Shown in pieces: positions 1 through 6,010 of a stretch of 6,010 bases of DNA (positions within the stretch are counted from its first letter, which is position 1; each line of letters opens with the position of its first letter). Location: contig JBJCIZ010000079.1 of NCBI GenBank assembly GCA_051294375.1, forward strand, positions 1 to 6,010, given 5' to 3'. Both the position numbers and the translations under genes were made by a program. The notes under the pieces were generated by a model. The model was given only the letters and a program-made list of their open reading frames with translations. It was not told the DNA's origin and ran no database searches. Source of the stretch: Paraspadella gotoi (lineage: Eukaryota; Animalia; Chaetognatha).

Positions 1-19
1 TTGCTCAGAAGACTGCATG

Positions 20-26
20 CCCCCCT
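20..26 (-). promoter_or_regulatory. Candidate polypurine tract, with possible 3' LTR start at 17
   Basis: Sense AGGGGGG then CA then TG(CAGTC...), about 345 nt downstream of the pol stop. The tract is short, and the following TGC does not mirror the ...CACA LTR end. Confidence 0.4.
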
Positions 27-189
27 GTTGGGATATAACGTTTAATATATAACAACATAAAATTCTGTCGTCCATCGAGCATGATTGTTAAGTGTGTTGC
101 TAATATTACTACTAATATTTACAAGTAAAACGGGTATAAGTAACCAAAAATTAATATAGACTATCGACTGACTCGATATTTGACCATCG

Positions 190-269
190 AAAAATTTCCA
201 AAATTCCAAAATATTCAAAACAAAATTAAAATTCCAAAGAAATTTCTAAAATTCGAAAATTTCAAAAAT
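190..269. repeat. Degenerate ~8-bp tandem repeat (AAAATTYC-like) downstream of pol
   Basis: Units AAAAATTTCC, AAAATTCC, AAAATATTC, AAAATT, AAAATTCC, AAATTTCT, AAAATTCG, AAAATTTC. Confidence 0.65.
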
Positions 270-371
270 AGTACTAAAAAAATCAATAACGAGGGTAAAT
301 GTACATCAACAGTCGGAGCTTTTCGGGAGGAAGACCGAGGATGCTGTGGAAGAAGACGCTCCGGCTGTTGA

Positions 372-3300
372 TTAGGCTAAAACTGGGGTTTTGTCATTTT
401 TGTTGTTGTCATTTTGTTCTTTTTGTCGTTTTAGCATTTCTTTTAAGACAATTGCGTATGTAGGCCTGTTGTTGTTGTTGTTGTTGTTGGACATTTGTAT
501 TCGGGTTCGATTCGAGAAGTTTTCCGGTGTCGGCCTTGAGAATCGTTCCATCGTTGGCTCAATTCTCGCTTTTTGTTGATTGTTGTTGTTGTTGTTTTTC
601 TCTCGATCTTCGATTGGCGGACTCGTCTTGCGTGGAGGCCGCGGAGAAGAGGAAGACGGGAGCAAAAAGCGTTGAGCGGATGGTGATGGGTTGAGGGAAG
701 GTTGGGGGTGTTGGGGTGAAGAGGGGGAGAGGGTCGGAGAAGGTGGAGGAGGAGGAGGAGGAGGAGAAGGAGGAGGAAGAGGACTCGGTTCTGGCGAAGC
801 GGCTCGATAGTTCTCTGATCGTGTTGTTCTTGATGTGGGAGGCGCCTGCCTCGTTCTGAGTCCAGGTTGGCGACCTGCTGGGCGTCGCTGAGGGTGGTCG
901 CGATCCACCTCCAACGCCTCGTCGCTTATCCATGCCGGTTTCACCCTCGCGATGTTGATTGTTTCGCGACCGCTACTTGGGATTTCTACCGTCATATTGA
1001 GGCCGTTTCGATTCACTACTTTGTATGGGCCTTCATATGGCGGAACCAGCGGGGGATGTACTCCTGCTCTCTTCACGAAGACGTACTGGGCGGTTTCTAA
1101 GTTGCTCGGTAGATGTATATTCGGTTGACAGTGCGCTGAAGTTTGAGTTGGCTGTAACCTGGCCACCTCGACTCGAAGTTTCGCAAGTTGACGCTGACGT
1201 TGGCGTTGTAGTGATGCGTTGTCGACTTGGGGATCGTCGAGGATGGTTCCGGGGACGCTAATTCCCTCTCCAAATACCATATCGGCCGCTGAGGCGCCGA
1301 TATCTTCTTTCACCGTTGTACGTATCGCTAATAAAGTCATTGGCAATTTCCAATACCATTGTTCTTTGTTTTCATTTGCTAAGGCGATTAGTGACTCCTT
1401 TAGTCGCCTATGGAAGCGTTCGACTAGCCCGTTCGCTTGGGGGTGGTAAGCCGTCGTTGTTTGATGCTTTATCCCCCAGTGATTGACGAGTTGGCGCCAG
1501 AGTCCGGAACTGAATTGAGTGCCTCGATCTGTAGTAATAGTTGATGGGACTCCAAATATGCAGATCCATTCATGACTCAGTGCGTCGAGTATAGTTGACG
1601 TTAGCGTGTCTTTGAGGGGTATGGCCGTCGGCCATCTTGAAAACCGATCTACTATTGTCAGTAAGTGAGAATAATCATTCGATTTGGGCATTTTTACTAG
1701 GTCGAGGTTAATGTGCTGAAATCTTCGCTGTGGGACTTTAAATTCCCCGATTTCTGGCACTACGTGTCTCGTTACCTTGGCTCTTTGGCAGCTTAAACAC
1801 TCTCTTGCCCATTTAGTGACCTCTTGACGCATATTGGTCCACACAAACTTGGCCGCTATCGCTTTTCTGGTCGCTTCGACGCCGGGATGTCCCAATCCAT
1901 GGATTACATCGAAGATTTTCCTTCTCCACGACGCTGGGACGAAAGGTCGGGCAGGTCCGTTGGAGATGTCGGCTAGTAGGTCTTCGTTGCCGACTCGAAT
2001 CTTTCTAAATGTCAAGCCTGACCTCGCGTCGTCTGCTATCTTTTGATAGTCAGGGTCCAGAGTTTGCTCTTGAGCCATGCGTTCGAAATTGATTTCGAAA
2101 TTTGTAAGAGAGGCGATTACAGCCTGTGCGTCTTCTAGTCGATTGTTTTTGATCGATTTCGTCGTCGTCGTTGTTGTTGTTGTCTCGTCCCTCTCTCTGT
2201 TTGATGAAATTGACGTTTCTGTCGCTTTCGACGTCGTTGCTATTAGTGCCGGTGACGGCGACGACGATGAGGAGGACGACGATGACTCTTTATCGAATGG
2301 CGTCGACGTTGACGTTGATGATGATGATGATGACCCCTGATTGAGTGACGTCGACGCCGATGACGACGGTAATGATGACGTTGACTCTGAGTTGAGTGGC
2401 GTCGGCGTTGATTGCGACGTCAACGACGACGGTGACGACGATGATGACGACGAGGCGGAGGATGCGTTAGTTGACGTGGTTGTTGGCGATTTTGGCGGGA
2501 CTGGCGTGGCGTTGGGTCTTGATAGGGCGTCAGCCACTACATTGGCCTTACCTTTTAAGTACCGGACGTCCGTTGTGAATTCGGCTATGACCGAGAGCTG
2601 ATATGATTGTCTCACGGTTTGTGGCTCAGCTTTTTTTCGGATCGCGGTCACTAAGCTTTGGTGGTCGGTATAGAGTGTAAATGCTCTGCCCTCCACCCAG
2701 TGCCTGAAGTGGCGGACCGCTCGAAAGGCTCCAAACAATTCTTTATCGAATGGAGGCCAAAGTCTTTGATTCTTTGCCAGTTTTGTGGAAAAAAACGCCA
2801 ACGGTTCCCATCCTCGTGGTCCCCGTTGCTCCAGGACAGCTCCAACTGCCTGATCAGATGCATCGGTGGTTATGCAGAGCTTGGCGCCTGTTCTGGGGTG
2901 GTGAAGAAGTGCTGCCTGGATTAAGCCTTCTTTTATCGCTTCAAAGGCCTTTTCACAATCGCTTGTCCACTCAAGGCGCTTCGGTTTTCCGCTGAGTGCT
3001 TCGTACAGGGCGGCGCAGCGGTGAGCGACCTTAGGGATGAATCTTCGATAATAATTAATCATCCCTAAAAAGCGTTGAAGCTCTTTTATCGTCGTTGGCC
3101 GCGTCGTCTCCTGTAACGTCTTGACTCTTTCCGGTAACGGTCTGACGCCGTTTTCATCCACCAAGAATCCTAGAAACTCTAGAGACTTCTGCCCTAGTAA
3201 ACATTTTTTGGTGTTTACTACTAGCCCGTTGGCGTCGAGGGCCTTGAATACTCGTTCCAGGTCCTGGTAGTGTTCCTCCTCGGACGATGACGCTACGAGT

Positions 3301-4382
3301 ATATCGTCCAAGTAGACGAACGTGTGTGGGATTTCGCCGAGGATCTCATCCATCAGCCTCTGAAAGTCTTGTCCTGCATTCTTAAGTCCGAATGGACAAC
3401 GAGGAAAGACATATAAGCCGAAGGGTGTAATAACTGCTGTCTTTTTTACATCTTCAGGGCTTACCGGGATCTGATGGTATCCCTTTAACAAATCAATTTT
3501 CGAAAAAATTGTTTTGCCCTCGAGTTGCGAATTAAAATCCGTTAGCAGTTTTACTGGATATTTATCATCCACGGTTTGAGCATTTAGCCGCCGGTAGTCC
3601 CCACAGCATCTCCACCCGCCGTCGGGCTTGGAGACGACGTGGAGTGGCGAGGACCATTCCGACTTTCCCCTTTTGGCTATGCCCAACGAAACCATCTTCT
3701 CTAGTTCGCGTTTGGCGACGGCGAGTTTCTCTGGGTCGAGGCGCCTTGCTCTTGATTGGCAGGGCCTCCCTTCTGTTGGTATAGCGTGAGTGACGCCGTG
3801 CTTCGGCTCTTTGACCTCGAATGTTGGCGTCGAGAGATTTGGAAATGAGTCTAACAGTTTGTAGAATTTCTCGCCTTGTCGGTCTACAAAGTTCACGTGG
3901 GAAGTTTCTTCTGTCGCCGTTGACGCCGCGATCGTTGAGTAGTCGCGCAGATCTAACAATAAGCCGTCGCGATGGTTTGGCGCCAAGAAATTTTCGGCCA
4001 AGAAATCGGCGCCAAGTATCGATTGTTTAACATCGGCGACGACGAATTTGTAGAAGTATTGGCGATTTCCCAGTTGGACAGTTCGATTAATCGTTCCATA
4101 ACAGCTGATTGACGAGCCGTTTGCCGCTTGGAGTTTGATTGACGGGTCGGGGCCGCGTTGACGCTGCTCTCGAGACGGCGGAACGATCGACAACAACGCT
4201 CCTCCGTCGACGAGCCACTTGGTCTTGTCCTTGGCGTCGCGAATGAAGAGGAGATTGTTGAGCGTCGGTGAACTGCTGGACGCGTGGGGGACGGCGTTCA
4301 CCGACGTCGTCCCCTTTCGCGTTTCCCTCACGTTTCTTGGGCATGTCGTCGAACTTGGGAGCATCCAGGTTCGCATGACCAA
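372..4382 (-). CDS. pol: Pol polyprotein (aspartic protease, reverse transcriptase, RNase H, integrase); probably expressed as Gag-Pol by -1 frameshift rather than from the TTG at 4382
   Basis: 1336-codon stop-free frame, -1 relative to gag (offset 989 nt). Motifs LVDGGA, ILGADFL, DYRRLN, FSKIDL, PFGLKNA, YLDD, TDAS, TDH, ADALSR, HHCC, DDE and GPY are all present. Confidence 0.96.
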   Translation of the reverse strand: MVMRTWMLPSSTTCPRNVRETRKGTTSVNAVPHASSSSPTLNNLLFIRDAKDKTKWLVDGGALLSIVPPSREQRQRGPDPSIKLQAANGSSISCYGTINRTVQLGNRQYFYKFVVADVKQSILGADFLAENFLAPNHRDGLLLDLRDYSTIAASTATEETSHVNFVDRQGEKFYKLLDSFPNLSTPTFEVKEPKHGVTHAIPTEGRPCQSRARRLDPEKLAVAKRELEKMVSLGIAKRGKSEWSSPLHVVSKPDGGWRCCGDYRRLNAQTVDDKYPVKLLTDFNSQLEGKTIFSKIDLLKGYHQIPVSPEDVKKTAVITPFGLYVFPRCPFGLKNAGQDFQRLMDEILGEIPHTFVYLDDILVASSSEEEHYQDLERVFKALDANGLVVNTKKCLLGQKSLEFLGFLVDENGVRPLPERVKTLQETTRPTTIKELQRFLGMINYYRRFIPKVAHRCAALYEALSGKPKRLEWTSDCEKAFEAIKEGLIQAALLHHPRTGAKLCITTDASDQAVGAVLEQRGPRGWEPLAFFSTKLAKNQRLWPPFDKELFGAFRAVRHFRHWVEGRAFTLYTDHQSLVTAIRKKAEPQTVRQSYQLSVIAEFTTDVRYLKGKANVVADALSRPNATPVPPKSPTTTSTNASSASSSSSSSPSSLTSQSTPTPLNSESTSSLPSSSASTSLNQGSSSSSSTSTSTPFDKESSSSSSSSSPSPALIATTSKATETSISSNRERDETTTTTTTTKSIKNNRLEDAQAVIASLTNFEINFERMAQEQTLDPDYQKIADDARSGLTFRKIRVGNEDLLADISNGPARPFVPASWRRKIFDVIHGLGHPGVEATRKAIAAKFVWTNMRQEVTKWARECLSCQRAKVTRHVVPEIGEFKVPQRRFQHINLDLVKMPKSNDYSHLLTIVDRFSRWPTAIPLKDTLTSTILDALSHEWICIFGVPSTITTDRGTQFSSGLWRQLVNHWGIKHQTTTAYHPQANGLVERFHRRLKESLIALANENKEQWYWKLPMTLLAIRTTVKEDIGASAADMVFGEGISVPGTILDDPQVDNASLQRQRQRQLAKLRVEVARLQPTQTSAHCQPNIHLPSNLETAQYVFVKRAGVHPPLVPPYEGPYKVVNRNGLNMTVEIPSSGRETINIARVKPAWISDEALEVDRDHPQRRPAGRQPGLRTRQAPPTSRTTRSENYRAASPEPSPLPPPSPPPPPPPPSPTLSPSSPQHPQPSLNPSPSAQRFLLPSSSSPRPPRKTSPPIEDREKNNNNNNQQKARIEPTMERFSRPTPENFSNRTRIQMSNNNNNNNRPTYAIVLKEMLKRQKEQNDNNKNDKTPVLA
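467..489. repeat. (GTT/AAC)n microsatellite encoding poly-Asn in the Pol tail
   Basis: About 7 perfect units; a second similar tract lies at about 573-596. Confidence 0.85.
745..783. repeat. (GGA/CCT)n microsatellite encoding poly-Pro in the Pol tail
   Basis: ggaggaggaggaggaggaggagaaggaggaggaagagga encodes PLPPPSPPPPPPP. Confidence 0.85.
930..1946 (-). other. Integrase domain of Pol (HHCC zinc finger, DDE core, GPY/F module)
   Basis: HGLGH...CLSC zinc finger starting at 1901; NLDL, TDRGTQF and NGLVERFHR give D-D(35)E; YEGPYKV with GPY at 1023-1031; ends INIARVKPAW. Confidence 0.94.
2158..2516 (-). repeat. Low-complexity trinucleotide (TCA/TCG/ACA/ACG) region encoding a Ser/Thr-rich linker
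   Basis: Plus-strand gatgatgat, gacgacgat and gttgttgtt/gtcgtc runs; encodes poly-S and poly-T between ADALSR and the integrase N-terminus. Confidence 0.85.
2517..2879 (-). other. Ty3-type RNase H domain of Pol
   Basis: TTDASDQAVGAVLEQ, DKELFG, YTDHQSL and NVVADALSR supply the four catalytic acidic residues. Confidence 0.93.
3153..3800 (-). other. Reverse transcriptase domain of Pol
   Basis: WSSPLHVVSKPDGGWRCCGDYRRLN, FSKIDLLKGYHQI, TPFGLY, PFGLKNAGQDFQRLMD, catalytic YLDD at 3303-3314, FLG. Boundaries approximate. Confidence 0.95.
3993..4250 (-). other. Retropepsin-like aspartic protease domain of Pol
   Basis: LFIRD...WLVDGGALLSIVP (active site 4197-4208), flap-like LQAANGSSISCYG, and C-terminal VADVKQSILGADFL. 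Confidence 0.85.
4263..4327 (-). promoter_or_regulatory. -1 ribosomal frameshift signal: GGGAAAC heptamer, 6-nt spacer, H-type pseudoknot
   Basis: Sense-strand GGGAAAC (4327-4321), spacer GCGAAA, stem 1 GGGGACG (4314-4308) pairing with CGTCCCC (4293-4287), stem 2 CGTCGGTGAAC (4306-4296) pairing with GTTCACCGACG (4273-4263). Both stems are perfectly complementary and interleaved. Confidence 0.8.
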
Positions 4383-5371
4383 GCGGCGTCGCCAAACTTG
4401 GCATGCTTATGGCATAGAGTCATCAGCTTCGATTTTGTTTTTCCTTTCGGAGCTGGATTTGGCCTTTTCTTTCCGTTGAAGTTTCTCTTGGGGAAGTTGA
4501 CGGCGTTGACGCCGTCTTCATCTGATTCTGAATCGCCTTGCTCGCCGCGGAGTTGCTCGACGTTGTGGATTGTCGACGACGTTTTGATTTTTAAGCTGCC
4601 TTCGCTGTCGAAATGTCGATCCGCCATCTGGCAGAGGTCGCTTGCCGACAGGTCGTCGGCCTTCTCTTCCAGCTGGCGACGCACTTCGACCGGAAGTTCT
4701 CGGAGTATCTTCTCCTTTCTAATGTCATCGAGCGTCAGCGTTTTCGTTTTCTCCTCTAGCTGAGCGAGGAGTTTTGACGGTTTTAGCCCGTCGGCGTCGA
4801 TGGCGTCGAGCATTGTGGCGGCCTGCTGCCGCCTGGTGAGGCCGTACTCCTTCCTGAGGTACGCTAGGAACTGCTGCCACGTGGTCTCCGTCGTTTCGCC
4901 ATATAAGAATTGGTTTATCTTTGGATCTACCTTGACGGCGATTTTAGACTCGAGATGAGCGAATTTCGATTTGGCGGCGCTGATCCCGGCGCGAGTATAA
5001 GCCGATTCGACCCGCTTTATCCATATCTCGATATTTGCAGTATCGAAATCGGGTAAGTCAGGTTTTTTGTTTGACGCTCGTTCCAGCGCGCGCGTGGCGG
5101 CGGCGAGCGCCGCTCGGAGCTCCTCGTTCTCACTGCGTAATTCTCTTGAGGCGGCGTCGTTATGTTCCATCTCGGCGTCGGCGAAGTTTTCTTCGTTTGC
5201 CCGCTGGAAATGAAAGGCGGGAGCAGCGTCTGTGAATATTGGCGACGTTGATCGCGATCGATGGCCTCTTCCGAATCCTAGAGGGACTTGTAGACCCGCT
5301 GGAGACTCTCGTTGCTCCTCTGAGTTGCGCTGGGCCGAGCGGAGGCGCGAACGGAGATCGGAGTCGCTCAT
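4328..5371 (-). CDS. gag: Gag polyprotein (capsid-like region plus CHCC nucleocapsid knuckle)
   Basis: 347-aa ORF with ATG in GCCTCCATG context. KPDLPDFDTANIEIWIKRVESAY resembles the KLPxFW...W...VEAQF Gag N-terminal motif; LKPSKLLAQL and LPVEVRRQL resemble the conserved Gag core; CHKHAKFGDAAWSCEPGC at 4361-4414 is C-x2-H-x9-C-x3-C. The last ~10 codons may be frame-altered (see findings). Confidence 0.9.
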   Translation of the reverse strand: MSDSDLRSRLRSAQRNSEEQRESPAGLQVPLGFGRGHRSRSTSPIFTDAAPAFHFQRANEENFADAEMEHNDAASRELRSENEELRAALAAATRALERASNKKPDLPDFDTANIEIWIKRVESAYTRAGISAAKSKFAHLESKIAVKVDPKINQFLYGETTETTWQQFLAYLRKEYGLTRRQQAATMLDAIDADGLKPSKLLAQLEEKTKTLTLDDIRKEKILRELPVEVRRQLEEKADDLSASDLCQMADRHFDSEGSLKIKTSSTIHNVEQLRGEQGDSESDEDGVNAVNFPKRNFNGKKRPNPAPKGKTKSKLMTLCHKHAKFGDAAWSCEPGCSQVRRHAQET

Positions 5372-5523
5372 GGAGGCGTCGACGTCGCGTTTCGATTCGT
5401 GAAGGAAATAGAAAGGGTGTGAGCGGATCGGGCGATTTACTTACATTCAATGCCTCGCCCAATCTTACCTCAGAGAAGTATTAGTTGAGTTGGACCCCTT
5501 CTTGAAGGTTGGCTGCATTCGTT

Positions 5524-5536
5524 GTCGGGTTCATCA
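5524..5536 (-). promoter_or_regulatory. Primer binding site, tRNA-Trp-like
   Basis: Sense TGATGAACCCGAC matches the canonical Trp PBS TGGTGACCCCGAC at 11/13 positions. It lies 2 nt after a ...GCCACA LTR-like end and about 150 nt upstream of the gag ATG. Confidence 0.7.
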
Positions 5537-5538
5537 AG

Positions 5539-5567
5539 TGTGGCGCGTCTCCGGNNNNNNNNNNACA
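5539..5567 (-). repeat. Remnants of the 5' LTR flanking an assembly gap (TGT-[N]-CCGGAGACGCGCCACA)
   Basis: CA end at 5540-5539 directly precedes the PBS. TGT (5567-5565) immediately precedes the N run on the sense strand, but this 3-nt match could be chance. No second LTR copy in the window confirms it. Confidence 0.5.
5555..5564. other. Assembly gap (10 N)
   Basis: Run of ten n characters; composition changes from CpG-rich to AT-rich across it. Confidence 0.99.
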
Positions 5568-6010
5568 ATTTAAAATAAAGCCTCTCTTCCGCGAATCGAA
5601 TTTGCACTTTAACTTTAACGAAACGCGTTCTTCTTTATAATCGGTTCTATATGTGTTACATTTGAATTCTTATTTTGAATTTGGTTTTCCCTTTTTAAAA
5701 GGAAACTCTTTCTGTTCTACTCTCTCGCTTTCATTGTTTCTTCATGCCATTATAAGTTTGCTTTCCTCTTATTATAAGGGTTGGCTTTGACATTTATATA
5801 TTCTCGGTGTTTTCGTGTCTTGTTGGTTTAATGCATTTTTGGAAATCATGTCTAAGACTCGTCAAATACTCGCACAAGGGGCGGGGTAAATTAAAAAACA
5901 TCCATTATCACATAGCATTTCACGATTTTAAATACAAGTTGCAAGCTGCCCAAACCTCATGTAAAGGAGGAAAGCATTAAATATTGACAACAAGCTCAAT
6001 GGAAGACGTC

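Larger units (their letters stand above)
1..5567 (-). mobile_element. Ty3/Gypsy LTR retrotransposon, CsRN1/Kabuki/Boudicca-like clade; internal region essentially complete, LTRs only partly visible
   Basis: gag followed by pol with Gypsy domain order PR-RT-RH-IN; CHCC Gag knuckle and tRNA-Trp-like PBS are hallmarks of the CsRN1 clade. Class is secure; the outer boundaries are approximate because of the N gap and the window edge. Confidence 0.93.

Noticed and set aside
180-579. Plus-strand ORFs 180-371 (Lys/Asn-rich) and 391-579 (poly-Leu)
   Set aside because: Translations of the A-tract array and the GTT microsatellite; the hydrophobic stretch is a repeat artefact.
559-933. 124-aa alternative-frame ORF as an env-like third ORF
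   Set aside because: Lies wholly inside pol, is low complexity, and has no signal peptide, convincing transmembrane anchor or fusion-protein features.
2077-2601. Plus-strand Asp/Val-rich ORFs (2077-2340, 2341-2601)
   Set aside because: Antisense shadows of the Ser/Thr trinucleotide linker in pol; no independent coding evidence.
3153-3800. Prokaryotic RT system (retron, DGR, group II intron, defence RT)
   Set aside because: The RT is embedded in a PR-RT-RH-IN polyprotein downstream of a gag, which is the eukaryotic LTR retroelement architecture.
4087-4404. 105-aa minus-strand ORF as a separate gene
   Set aside because: It overlaps the gag end and protease in the third frame. Only KFDDMPKKREGNAKG looks meaningful, probably as the displaced Gag C-terminus.
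5377-5387. Overlapping palindromes CGTCGACG and CGACGTCG before the gag ATG as a dimerisation signal
   Set aside because: The same palindromic words recur throughout the element, so their presence here is not distinctive.
4219-5484. Short plus-strand ORFs antisense to gag and the leader
   Set aside because: Short, without recognisable motifs, and expected opposite a GC-rich coding region.
5490-5536. tRNA-Trp gene or pseudogene
   Set aside because: Only two short blocks match; there is no cloverleaf, D arm or anticodon arm. A PBS explains it better.
5750-5886. TATAA-like words and a GGGGCGGGG GC box (5878-5886) in the right flank as a promoter
   Set aside because: Short motifs in AT-rich DNA with no linked gene or coherent arrangement.

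Overview
This window is eukaryotic DNA containing a nearly complete Ty3/Gypsy (Metaviridae) LTR retrotransposon on the minus strand, most likely CsRN1/Kabuki/Boudicca-like. It carries gag (4328-5371, with a C-x2-H-x9-C-x3-C 'CHCC' knuckle), an uninterrupted pol in the -1 frame (372-4382; PR-RT-RNaseH-integrase with GPY motif), a tRNA-Trp-like primer binding site and a candidate polypurine tract. The 5' LTR appears to be mostly lost in a 10-N assembly gap, and AT-rich flank follows from about 5568. The most notable observation is a GGGAAAC slippery site plus H-type pseudoknot that is out of register with gag and pol as sequenced; two compensating 1-nt indels would explain it. Other oddities are a DGGA protease active site, a ~120-aa Ser/Thr insertion between RNase H and integrase, a ~185-aa Pro/Asn-rich integrase tail, and a possible second tRNA-Trp-complementary segment beside the PBS. 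This looks like an unusual variant of a known element class rather than a new system. All assignments come from motif recognition by eye, not database searches.
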